Positions 8,031-17,137 are shown, numbered from the stretch's first letter. The stretch is 20,133 bases of DNA from Thermoplasmatota archaeon (GCA_965234725.1 CBDDUX010000030.1:1-20133); one strand, 5' to 3'. Notes: generated from the letters alone by a model not told the origin. Program-made: numbers and translations.

Positions 8031-8052
8031 GGTAAAAATGGGGGAATGAAAG

Positions 8053-9009
8053 ATTACATCAACGGAAAAGATAGCATACGGACCGGTACCATCAAGAAGG
8101 TTCGGCAGGAGCCTTGGGATCAACAACATCCCCCCCAAGTTCTGCAGTTATTCATGTATTTACTGCCAACTCGGTAGGACCAATGACCTTCAGATCGAGA
8201 GAAAGAGATTCTACGGTCCGGACAAGATATTCCGAGATGTCGAAGAACAGGTGGCCTCGGTGGAGGAAATGGGTGATCGGATCGATCATCTTACATTTGT
8301 CCCTGACGGGGAACCCACGCTCGATATCGATCTGGGAAAGGAGATAGAGATGGTCAGAGAGCTCGGTTACCCGGTGGCAGTTATAACGAATTCTTCCCTC
8401 CTGGGGGATGAGGCCGTGAGGGAGGATATATCCATGGCCGATCTTGTGTCGGTCAAGGTTGATTCCGTAATTGAGAGCGTATGGAAGAAGGTAAACAGGC
8501 CTCATGGTTCTCTGGGCCTTAAAGGTATACTGGAGGGTTTGAATGAACTCTCTGATCGGTTTAAGGGTTCATTGATAACGGAGACCATGCTTATGAAAGG
8601 GATAAACGACGTCGCTGAATCAGTTAAGGAAACGGCTGATTTTATCAGGGAGATCCATCCCCGGATCGCTTACATCACCGTTCCCATAAGGCCCCCCTCC
8701 GAGAATTGGGTTGAGATACCGCCCGAAGACACCATTTTGAAGATCATCAGGGAGTTTACATCCAGGAAGATCAGAACGGTTCCTCTGACCGATAAAGAAT
8801 ACGGCGATTTCACATACACCGGTGATGTGAAAAGCGACATCCTTGCGATAACATCCGTTCACCCGATGAGGGAAGACAGCGTGAAAGAGATGCTTCACAG
8901 GTCCGGTGATGAGTGGGATGTCGTGGAGGAACTCGTTGGTTCGGGGAAGCTTATGGTGACCAGTTATCAGGGAATTAATTTCTACAGGAGAAAGTTCGAA
9001 AGGAGATGA
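8053..9009 (+). CDS. Radical SAM protein (COG0731-like, GPVPSRR.GRSLG subfamily); start uncertain, possibly ATT 8053
   Basis: The frame of track ORF 8251..9009 stays open upstream to TGA 8047 and encodes IAYGPVPSRRFGRSLGINNIPPKFCSYSCIYCQLG (CxxxCxxC). Downstream motifs: DGEPTL, ITNSSL, ETML. Confidence 0.85.
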   Translation: MTSTEKIAYGPVPSRRFGRSLGINNIPPKFCSYSCIYCQLGRTNDLQIERKRFYGPDKIFRDVEEQVASVEEMGDRIDHLTFVPDGEPTLDIDLGKEIEMVRELGYPVAVITNSSLLGDEAVREDISMADLVSVKVDSVIESVWKKVNRPHGSLGLKGILEGLNELSDRFKGSLITETMLMKGINDVAESVKETADFIREIHPRIAYITVPIRPPSENWVEIPPEDTILKIIREFTSRKIRTVPLTDKEYGDFTYTGDVKSDILAITSVHPMREDSVKEMLHRSGDEWDVVEELVGSGKLMVTSYQGINFYRRKFERR

Positions 9010-9013
9010 GATC

Positions 9014-10183
9014 ATTATTGAAGATGAAAAGGGTTCTAAACGGGTTCGAAATATTCGGTCCTCCGCAATTCACGAGATGACCAGACTTTCCAGGCAAATT
9101 GAGGATGTATCTTTCCTATCCTGGGCAAAACCAACGGCAGATACACCTGACCATATAAAATCAGCTGCCATCAAAGCGATCGAGGATGGCAAAGTAGGCG
9201 GGTATTCCTCAAGTGCCGGCATTTTGGAACTGAGAAGATCGATCTCGGAGAAGCTTCACAGGACCAACCATATAGATTCAACAGAGGATGAGATAATCGT
9301 TACAATAGGTGCGATCGAAGGATTGGCAGCTTCCGTCATGGCCGTCATTGACCCTGGTGATGAGGTGATATTCCCGATCCCCACATATTCGACTCATATC
9401 AGACAGGTACAGCTGGCCTCCGGGAATCCTGTGTTCGTTCCGACCGATGAAGAGAATGGATATGACCTTGAACTTGATGTCATAGAAAAGGCGATCTCTC
9501 CAAAGACAAGAGCTATTATGTATTGTTCCCCCAACAATCCAACCGGTTCAGTATACTCTGAAAAACAACTGAGAGGGTTGGCTGATATTGCCATTCAGAA
9601 CGATCTTTTCATAATAACGGATGAGGCGTATGAATATTTCACATATGATGGACATAAGCACTTCAGCATTGCCTCCATTCCTGAAATGAAAGAGAGGACT
9701 TTGAGCAGTTTCACATTCACAAAAACCTATGCTATGACAGGCTGGCGTATCGGATATTTACATGCTGATGCCGCATTGATACCTCAGATCAATAAAGCAC
9801 ATATCCCCTTGGCGATCTGTGCACCTGTTGTCTCACAGTATGCTGCCCTGGCAGCACTTGAAGGACCCCAGGATTGTGTAAAAGATTTCAGGGACCATTA
9901 CCGATCGGCCCGTGACCTGATGTGCAGACGATTGGACGGGTTGGATCAGATCTTCGAATACCAGAAGCCGAAGGGATCCTATCTGATGTTCCCCAAGATA
10001 TTAACGAACGATGCCGCAGATTCCACGAAATTCTGCAAGTCATTACTGAAAGATGCAAAGGTATCCACCACTCCGGGCATTGCTTTTGGTCCCAATGGAG
10101 AGGGGCATGCCAGGATGTCATTCTGCGTCCCTGAAGCAGAGATCGATAAAGCATTTGACCGAATGGAAAAATATTTCAAATGA
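9014..10183 (+). CDS. PLP-dependent aminotransferase class I/II; start uncertain, possibly ATT 9014
   Basis: YSSSAGILELR, SPNNPTG, DEAY, FTKTYAMTGWRIG (PLP Lys), TPGIAFG..GEGH.R.SF. Family-like N-terminus SKRVRNIRSSAIHE lies in frame upstream of ATG 9077. Confidence 0.88.
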   Translation: MIEDEKGSKRVRNIRSSAIHEMTRLSRQIEDVSFLSWAKPTADTPDHIKSAAIKAIEDGKVGGYSSSAGILELRRSISEKLHRTNHIDSTEDEIIVTIGAIEGLAASVMAVIDPGDEVIFPIPTYSTHIRQVQLASGNPVFVPTDEENGYDLELDVIEKAISPKTRAIMYCSPNNPTGSVYSEKQLRGLADIAIQNDLFIITDEAYEYFTYDGHKHFSIASIPEMKERTLSSFTFTKTYAMTGWRIGYLHADAALIPQINKAHIPLAICAPVVSQYAALAALEGPQDCVKDFRDHYRSARDLMCRRLDGLDQIFEYQKPKGSYLMFPKILTNDAADSTKFCKSLLKDAKVSTTPGIAFGPNGEGHARMSFCVPEAEIDKAFDRMEKYFK

Positions 10184-10238
10184 TTTTCTTTGATCCGGAA
10201 TGGATCTCAACAGATCGATGAAATGGAAGGTGATTATT

Positions 10239-10688
10239 ATGGTTGAGACAACCAAAATTGGGATAATAATTTGTGATAGATACCACACATGCGCCGGTGG
10301 AAAATGTCTGCGATCCCTCCGCAAAAGGGAAGGAGCCTTCAGCATATATGGTGAGAATATGGATGTTGAAATGGTTGGTTATACCGGTTGTGGAGGTTGC
10401 CCCGGGGGGAATATTGAATATGCACCGGAGGAAATGATCAAAAATGGTGCCAATGTCATTCATCTGGCAACCGGCATGGTGGTCGGATATCCGCCTTGCC
10501 CCCATATTGAACATTTCCGGGACTTCATCAAGGAAAGATACCGGGTGGAAGTTGTGATCGGAACCCATCCCATACCACAAAAATATTTCAAGGTCCATTC
10601 GAAAATGGGAACCTGGACCTCACCTGAATGGAAAGAGATGATACAATCAATCCTGACCAATGAACGAACAAGACTTGACTACGATTGA
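10239..10688 (+). CDS. CGGC domain protein (predicted metal/Fe-S binding)
   Basis: KIGIIIC....C.GGKC....R.GAF..Y...GYTGCGGCPG...HLATG...PPCP...VIGTH. SD GGAAGGTGA before ATG 10239. Confidence 0.9.
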   Translation: MVETTKIGIIICDRYHTCAGGKCLRSLRKREGAFSIYGENMDVEMVGYTGCGGCPGGNIEYAPEEMIKNGANVIHLATGMVVGYPPCPHIEHFRDFIKERYRVEVVIGTHPIPQKYFKVHSKMGTWTSPEWKEMIQSILTNERTRLDYD

Positions 10689-10796
10689 AATTGATAATGA
10701 AGGTTTCAAACTTCAATCATGTCATTCCAAAGAGTGGATATTAGGTTAGATCGATTGATCCTATCATGAATGCGTTGTTAACTTCAATCTGGATCG

Positions 10797-11000
10797 TTAA
10801 TTATTTTCACGTTCCTTCTTTGTGAAGGACTTGAACCCGAAGGGCAGGTAAAGGGGGCAGATACCAATTGCAGAGGTCAGTAGCATTATTGCCGCAAGGA
10901 TATACAACCACCATAAACCTGTAACCACACCAATAACGATAAGCACAACACCCACAAGGGCCCTGATCGATCTATCGATCGATCCCATGTTCTTCATCAT
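10797..11000 (-). CDS. DUF2892 (YgaP-like) small membrane protein
   Basis: KNMGSIDRSIR...two hydrophobic segments...LLTSAIGICPLYLPFG.S. Confidence 0.9.
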   Translation of the reverse strand: MMKNMGSIDRSIRALVGVVLIVIGVVTGLWWLYILAAIMLLTSAIGICPLYLPFGFKSFTKKERENN

Positions 11001-11108
11001 CTCAATTCACCATAATCAAGTAAATGATACATGGATAAGGTGTTGGTCCCTGATTGGTAAGGGATAATCGTGGAATTGGATGGGATGAATTAACCCACTT
11101 AAGTTCAT

Positions 11109-11204
11109 TCAAGGCATTCCATCCCCGAGCACTGGAGGAATGAAAGGAACCAAAAATAGGACTGCCATTAGACATATTATTATTTTCTTGGCTCTCTCAT
11201 TCAT
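11109..11204 (-). other. 31-codon ORF consisting of a signal peptide; small protein or truncated-gene remnant
   Basis: MNERAKKIIICLMAVLFLVPFIPPVLGDGMP*. Preceded by SD GGAGGGG and TTTATAAA (11244-11251). Confidence 0.5.
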
Positions 11205-11500
11205 TTAGGTCCCCCTCCATGGGGAATGATATTACATTGGAAGTTTATAAAGGGAGTGAAACGGATCTTTTATATTTGGCAAAGAAAGGAATATCTCGAT
11301 CTCAATGATATTGGATCTGGCAGATCCCTTAATATTTCTTGACCGGTAAGGATATTGAAGGAGTTATTCATTAATTCAGGTTCAAATACCCAACCCCGTG
11401 GCAACACCATCTCCGCAATCCTTGTCCACCCTCCGGAAGTGTTCCACCATATTAACCTGAAGCAGTAGAATTTATTAACTTGAAATTTCTCCGATGGATT

Positions 11501-11914
11501 GTGACTATTGATGGGGCAGAAAGGAAGGCCCTGAGCAGGCCGATCCGGATTATTCTAATAATTTTAGGTACTATTTTCACTGCGATCGGATTGATCGGAA
11601 TATTCCTCCCCATCCTTCCCACAACCCCATTTCTTCTTCTGGCTGCTGCCTGTTATCTCAGAAGTTCGGATAGATTGTACAATTGGTTGCTTACCAACAG
11701 GATTTTCGGAGGGTATTTAAGGAATTACATTGAGAAGAAAGGCATTCCATTGGCTGTAAAGATCTTCACGATCTCATTGCTATGGATCACAATATTGTTT
11801 TCAGCCTTTGTTCTTATTGATATCACCTGGATCAGGATACTGCTGATGATCATAGCCATAGGAGTGACCATCCATCTCATCATGATCAAGACCTACAAGG
11901 GCCTGAAAGAATGA
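11501..11914 (+). CDS. ybaN: YbaN/DUF454 family membrane protein
   Basis: GLIGIFLPILPTTPFLLLAAACYLRSS.RLYNWLL....FG.YL. GTG 11501 is about 23 nt after TTTATTAA. Confidence 0.88.
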   Translation: MTIDGAERKALSRPIRIILIILGTIFTAIGLIGIFLPILPTTPFLLLAAACYLRSSDRLYNWLLTNRIFGGYLRNYIEKKGIPLAVKIFTISLLWITILFSAFVLIDITWIRILLMIIAIGVTIHLIMIKTYKGLKE

Positions 11915-11971
11915 TTGGTCATTATTTGCTTAGAAGACCTTTAAAAATCAGGTCCTCGATTCGAAAGGGTC

Positions 11972-14900
11972 CTATACCTCTTCTCCAGGTTGGACCGGTT
12001 CTTTAATTGGGTCCTCCACAGTCTCAGGTCCAGGGGGATCCATACCGATTTCGGATCCAGTAGAAGGGATTTCTTCCGAGGATAAGGGCTCTTCATTGGA
12101 CTCGAAAGAAGCTGCCCGACTGATATCCTCCTCTTCTGAGAGTGCCTCGGGCACAATTGACTGGTAACTATCACCCGAGTGGTCCTCTTCAACAGCATCC
12201 TTTCTGCCATTGGCAAGAGGATCGGTGTAGAGGTCCTCTTGCTGGGCAATTTCACCCTCACCCAGCAAGTAATCAGGAATGTTTTCCTGATCTCCCTGGT
12301 CGGGGATCTGTTCTTCAGTTTGATCTTCTTTCTTCTTCCTCATCAGCAGGAATATGATCAAAACGATGATGATCAGGATCACAACAACAGCGATCACTGC
12401 GATCACTATCGGGATCGAGGAAGACTCATCCTTATCTCCATCCTCATCCTCGATCACATTAGCTTCCTTCACATCGATCACAAAGGATACGTTGTTTGTA
12501 TCGAGTCCATCAGAGACCTGTACTTTAACAGTGTACTGTCCGATATCTTCAAGTTTGGGGGTCCATGATATGATCCCTGTTGTCGGTATAATAACCAATC
12601 CGGATGGACCATCCAGAATACTGAATTCCAGATCATCCCCATTATCATCAGATCCATTGATATCAACAACCAGTTCCATACCAGCATTGATCACCTGGTC
12701 ATCCACAGGATCGAATGTCGGAGGATTATTGACCATGAAGCTGAAGATCCCGCTCTGACACTCCCCGAATTCATATTGGTCCTTTCCGATAACGGTCCAG
12801 TAATAGGTTGCTCCCGGCTGGATATCCAGCGGAGTGAAAGAAGAGCTTCCAATGAAATGGGCATTTTCGGTCAAGTTCTCCAGATCGCCGATTTCCATGC
12901 TGATGTAGAAATGGTATTCTATTGTATCCAGTTCGGCATCAGTTCCACTGCATTTCAGAACCAATCCTTGGTAAGATACAACAGCTCCATCCTTGGGGGA
13001 TAAAAGGGTCGTCCCTGGTGGTGAGTTCAGATAAAAGCTGTAAGCCTCATCGATACAGATTCCCATTGAGTATTGATCATGCGGGATGACGGTCCAGAAA
13101 TAGGTATTGCCAACTTCAAGATCATTAACCTGGAATTCCGTCTCATTGATACCTTCCGCGATCATTGACCATTCATTCATGGAAAGCACATCGGACTTGG
13201 TATCATAGAGATAGATATCATATGTTAGAGGGATCTCTCCATCATCAGATCCCTCCCATTCAAGGATGACAGGACCTCCTATGGTCGATCCGTTCAAGGG
13301 AGCTGATAATGTTGTCATTGGTGAAGGATTAAAGATCACATCAAGATGGAAAATGTGGGATATCACCTCTTCACCATCTGTTGCCTCGGCCAACAGGTCC
13401 AACCGGACCTCGTTCACACTTTCGATATCGATCTCATCAATGAAATCGAACCTGCTCACGGTCCATTCGAGAACACCTGTTGTTCCATTGATGGTGATAT
13501 TTGCCGCAGGATCGGAAGATATACTGTATGTAAGCTCATCTCCCACATCTATATCCGAAGCATTGAGATCGAAAATGTAAATACTTGCTTCATCGACGGA
13601 GATATTCCCGGGAACATCTGTCCAAACAGGTTTATCATTGACATTCAACACAGTGATCTGGAACTCTGTGGAATTGAATAGACCTCTTGGGTCCTCCGCC
13701 TTAATGTTTACATCATAGCTTCCAACATCATCATTTGAGGGTGTTCCGTTCAGAATGCCCAGGATAGGATCAAGGGATAGCCAATCAGCATCAGTAACCA
13801 TGGACCAGGTCACATCTTCACCATCAATATCGATGTGATCATAATCCACCTGGAAATATTGGTCCTCAATGGCTTCAATCACGTTTTCTGTAGTTATTAA
13901 AGGTGGATCATTGATGTCCAGCACATCAAGGTTGAATGTCTTCGAATCCATCCCTCCATTACCGTCGCTGAACCTTACAGTCACCTCCTGGACCCCCACA
14001 TCATCATTGGTGGGCGTTCCTGATAAAAGGCCGGAATCGGGATCCATAGACAACCAACCGGCATCCGTTATCAAGCCCCAGCTCAGGTCTCCGGATCCTT
14101 CATCACTGGTATATTGGACGCTGTACTCCTCATCCTGATATATTTCAACGATTGGATCCGTAAGTATGTTAGGAAGTAGGTTTTCAACGGTCAGATCGTA
14201 TTGGTGTTCTGTGAATCTGTTGTCTCCATCCGTAACATTGATGAGAACATTATATTCCCCGACATCGCCATTATCAGGTGTCCCTTTCAGGTTCAGACTT
14301 GATGTACCTGGGATCACCGCATGCTGCATGATCTCCCAGCCTGGTATTGCTCTATCCCATATCCTGACTTCATCGATATATCCTTCATAGAAAAGAGAAC
14401 CCCAGGATGCCGGGGCCCTCCTCCCAATGGAGATATTGAAATCCCCTGTAGGGAGGCCTCCAGAGTAAACCTCTCCCATGTAGGTCCCTCCCCATCCGGT
14501 GTATATCTTTGTCTGGTTCACACCATCGATGTAGATGTAGAATCTAGCACCATCATATACACCTGCAACATGGTGCCATGTGTTCCTGGTGATCGGTTCA
14601 GCAGGGGCAATACCGTACCAATCCTCTGAATTCGGTAGTTTCATCTGAAAGAGTGGCAACCCCTCGTCAAATGTCAGCTCATAGCATTGTGGGTCCTCAT
14701 CACTCCAGCTTCCACCTTTGCTTATTATCATATGTTCCCCCATATCATCGAATGTCGGGTAGATCCAGGCTTCAACGGTGATCTCATCGGTTATATTGAG
14801 GCTTGCATCAGGAGGGATATCGACATATTCATTCCCATTAAAGGAGAGGGCCTGACCAAAAGATGAGATGCCTCCAACTGAGGTCGGTCCATGCAGTGTT

Positions 14901-15259
14901 CCATCATTACCGTTACCCGATCCGTCTGTTGCGTCTCCCTTATCGAAGCTCCAGTAACCCTCATTGTCCGTCAGGTTAATATCAAGAGGTGCAGAATATT
15001 CCCATGTCAACCAGTCAGCATCCGTTGTGAATGAATTGACTGTTAGACCCCCCATAATGGAATAGAATCTGGAATCGTACTCACCATCCTCAATGGTAAC
15101 TCTCAGGTCATCCAAAGGGATCAATCTATAAGCTGAGTCGTCGATCATCAATCTTGTCTTCTCTCCATCTACATCATGATCCGGTATGAACAGGGCTCCA
15201 CCAATGATCAAGCTCAAAACCAAGAGTATGCAAATTTTCTCTCTCATGTCCAATCCCAC
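11972..15259 (-). CDS. Large acidic cell-surface protein: signal peptide, LamG-like domain, cadherin-like/Ig repeats, FN3-like repeats, C-terminal membrane anchor and acidic tail
   Basis: N-terminal hydrophobic segment. LamG motifs (YWSFD, ITVEAWI, WHHVAGVYDG, IYIDG, G.IDEVRIWDRA). Repeats TDA.WL...G.L.GTP.NDDVG and ND.P. Two Y(F/Y)WTVI repeats. TM helix IPIVIAVIAVVVILIIIVLIIFLLM followed by RKKK. Confidence 0.88.
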   Translation of the reverse strand: MGLDMREKICILLVLSLIIGGALFIPDHDVDGEKTRLMIDDSAYRLIPLDDLRVTIEDGEYDSRFYSIMGGLTVNSFTTDADWLTWEYSAPLDINLTDNEGYWSFDKGDATDGSGNGNDGTLHGPTSVGGISSFGQALSFNGNEYVDIPPDASLNITDEITVEAWIYPTFDDMGEHMIISKGGSWSDEDPQCYELTFDEGLPLFQMKLPNSEDWYGIAPAEPITRNTWHHVAGVYDGARFYIYIDGVNQTKIYTGWGGTYMGEVYSGGLPTGDFNISIGRRAPASWGSLFYEGYIDEVRIWDRAIPGWEIMQHAVIPGTSSLNLKGTPDNGDVGEYNVLINVTDGDNRFTEHQYDLTVENLLPNILTDPIVEIYQDEEYSVQYTSDEGSGDLSWGLITDAGWLSMDPDSGLLSGTPTNDDVGVQEVTVRFSDGNGGMDSKTFNLDVLDINDPPLITTENVIEAIEDQYFQVDYDHIDIDGEDVTWSMVTDADWLSLDPILGILNGTPSNDDVGSYDVNIKAEDPRGLFNSTEFQITVLNVNDKPVWTDVPGNISVDEASIYIFDLNASDIDVGDELTYSISSDPAANITINGTTGVLEWTVSRFDFIDEIDIESVNEVRLDLLAEATDGEEVISHIFHLDVIFNPSPMTTLSAPLNGSTIGGPVILEWEGSDDGEIPLTYDIYLYDTKSDVLSMNEWSMIAEGINETEFQVNDLEVGNTYFWTVIPHDQYSMGICIDEAYSFYLNSPPGTTLLSPKDGAVVSYQGLVLKCSGTDAELDTIEYHFYISMEIGDLENLTENAHFIGSSSFTPLDIQPGATYYWTVIGKDQYEFGECQSGIFSFMVNNPPTFDPVDDQVINAGMELVVDINGSDDNGDDLEFSILDGPSGLVIIPTTGIISWTPKLEDIGQYTVKVQVSDGLDTNNVSFVIDVKEANVIEDEDGDKDESSSIPIVIAVIAVVVILIIIVLIIFLLMRKKKEDQTEEQIPDQGDQENIPDYLLGEGEIAQQEDLYTDPLANGRKDAVEEDHSGDSYQSIVPEALSEEEDISRAASFESNEEPLSSEEIPSTGSEIGMDPPGPETVEDPIKEPVQPGEEV

Positions 15260-15412
15260 CAGAGATAACAGATGAACAAGATCTATTGGATCCTGCGTTG
15301 TTATATTGGAAGGATTGATACTTACAATTATCTATTATCTACTTTAGAGAGCTTCCAATGCCTTTTTAATTGCATCCTTTCTATGCCGGTATAATTCGGT
15401 TGATCCATTAAT

Positions 15413-16240
15413 TCAATTCACAATATCCTCAGTCTTACCGGTCCTGAGTTCATTGTTGAACCATAGCTCCCTCTGAGGGAAAGGAACGAAAATTCCATTC
15501 TTTTCGAGCCTTGTCTTTATCTTCCAGAGGAGGTCCTTCCTCACATCATACCATTCTGTGAACGGTGCCCATATCTTAACATTGATATCGACGGAGGAAT
15601 TCCCCAGAGTATCAACGAAGATCACCGGTTCCGGATATTTCAATGCAAAGGGATTCTCGTCTATAGTTTCCTTTATTATTGCTACGGCTTTCTCAGCATC
15701 ATCTCTGTATCTGATCCCCACGGTGTACTCGAATCTCCTGGCCTTGTTAATAAAGTAATTGATTATCTTTGCGTTGAATACCGTTAGATTTGGTATCCTA
15801 ACGAAATATCCGTCAAAGGTCCTTATCGTTGTACTTATGATCCTGATATCCTCTACCTGACCTACTGTTGAATCGATATTGACAACATCTCCAACTTTAA
15901 CAGGTCTTTCAAAGACCAAGAAGATACCCGATATGAGATTCCCAACAATACCCTGGGCAGCGAACCCAAGAACGATGGCAAATATCCCTCCGGCGACAGC
16001 GAGTCCTGACACATCGAGACCTACGATGGGAAGGACCATCAGAAATGCGATGAAGAAGATCACCACGTATACGCCCTTGGTGATTATCTTGACATGGTCA
16101 AGTGACATCCTCTTTTTAAGGAACCGGGTAACATACATGCTCAATGCTTTTCCCAAGAGGATGGCAGCTATCAGGATCACGGTGACCAGAAGGATATTCT
16201 CAAGGTTCAGGCCCCCGATCCCGATATCATCAAAATTCAA
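15413..16240 (-). CDS. mscS: Small-conductance mechanosensitive channel, MscS family
   Basis: Three TM segments, GFAAQGIVGNLISG, ERPVKVGD.V, G.VEDI.IISTTIRT.DG..V.IPN, VPFPQR. TTG start overlaps the upstream stop. Confidence 0.93.
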   Translation of the reverse strand: MNFDDIGIGGLNLENILLVTVILIAAILLGKALSMYVTRFLKKRMSLDHVKIITKGVYVVIFFIAFLMVLPIVGLDVSGLAVAGGIFAIVLGFAAQGIVGNLISGIFLVFERPVKVGDVVNIDSTVGQVEDIRIISTTIRTFDGYFVRIPNLTVFNAKIINYFINKARRFEYTVGIRYRDDAEKAVAIIKETIDENPFALKYPEPVIFVDTLGNSSVDINVKIWAPFTEWYDVRKDLLWKIKTRLEKNGIFVPFPQRELWFNNELRTGKTEDIVN

Positions 16241-16959
16241 TAACCTCCCTCCATGGTAAATTTGGTCATAAGACGCATGAAGGACTTATGTGTCAACATC
16301 TCAAAGGCTTTCTCCTGATCCTTTCTCAATGGTGTGTTGCTGAACTTTGATTCGACCTTCTCATCATCTATGATATTCGCAACTGCCCTTCCCGAAACCA
16401 GGGATTTTGAGTAGAATATCTTCATCAGGAGTCCCTCGAAAACGAGCTTTGATACCTCTCGCCAATCAGATGTCGAGTTCTTTACCTTGACCTCCAAAAG
16501 ACCTTCCCTCGAAGGATCCGTCCTTGGGGGATGTACATAGACATCGGACTTGTAGTACCTGCACATGATCCCTTCTTTGATGTCACCGTACATTGCATAT
16601 TTCGGTGGATTGTCAGTGAAAACATCAATGACCTTGTCCTTTCCCTCTCTGGATGTGATCACAGCGATCTCAACCGGGAACCTGAGAAAAATTACCTTGA
16701 CCTGCTTAGGGGGGACCACCAGTGTCTTACCCAGTTCGATCATCAGAGATGATGTTATCATCTTGGGGCAGTTGAAAGGTTTGACAGGGGACATCCAGAG
16801 ATTTGCCTTAGTGCTGTAAATCCTCTTGTCTATCTCTTTTAAACCCGTTGTCCTGTGATAGAGGATCCCGCCTTTGAATTTGACGATCCTGATGGAATTC
16901 CTATCAGAGTCGTATTTCAAGGGAAGGGAGACTCTACCGAACATGAATCTAAAGCCCAC
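16237..16959 (-). CDS. DUF432 family protein
   Basis: SPVKP.N.P..ITS.L.IE....L.V.P, FPVEIAV, PKYAMYG...EG.MCRYYKS, terminal F.ME.G. Start is GTG 16959 or the ATG five codons later. Confidence 0.8.
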   Translation of the reverse strand: MGFRFMFGRVSLPLKYDSDRNSIRIVKFKGGILYHRTTGLKEIDKRIYSTKANLWMSPVKPFNCPKMITSSLMIELGKTLVVPPKQVKVIFLRFPVEIAVITSREGKDKVIDVFTDNPPKYAMYGDIKEGIMCRYYKSDVYVHPPRTDPSREGLLEVKVKNSTSDWREVSKLVFEGLLMKIFYSKSLVSGRAVANIIDDEKVESKFSNTPLRKDQEKAFEMLTHKSFMRLMTKFTMEGGY

Positions 16960-17137
16960 CTTAAGACTAAATATATTTCCCTATATGACTTTGGTTCGAA
17001 AGTTCCACTAACAACGGAAAGAGTATTGTTGTCAAATTTATTAACTGAAAATAATCCTTTTATTCCATTTTTCATTTTCTAGGCATTAAGGGTAATAATA
17101 GGGAAGTGATAGGTATGGTCATAAAGAAGAAGAAGGT

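Noticed and set aside
8047-8049. Selenocysteine at the in-frame TGA of the radical SAM gene
   Set aside because: It is codon 4 of a non-conserved leader, not at a Cys position, and I see no SECIS-like hairpin.
11378-11400. GGTTCAAAT tRNA T-loop-like motif
   Set aside because: No complementary T-stem or acceptor strand around it.
11270-11460. Minus-strand open frame (MVLPRGWVFEPELMNN...)
   Set aside because: Short, with no recognisable motif or clear promoter. Cannot be supported as a gene.
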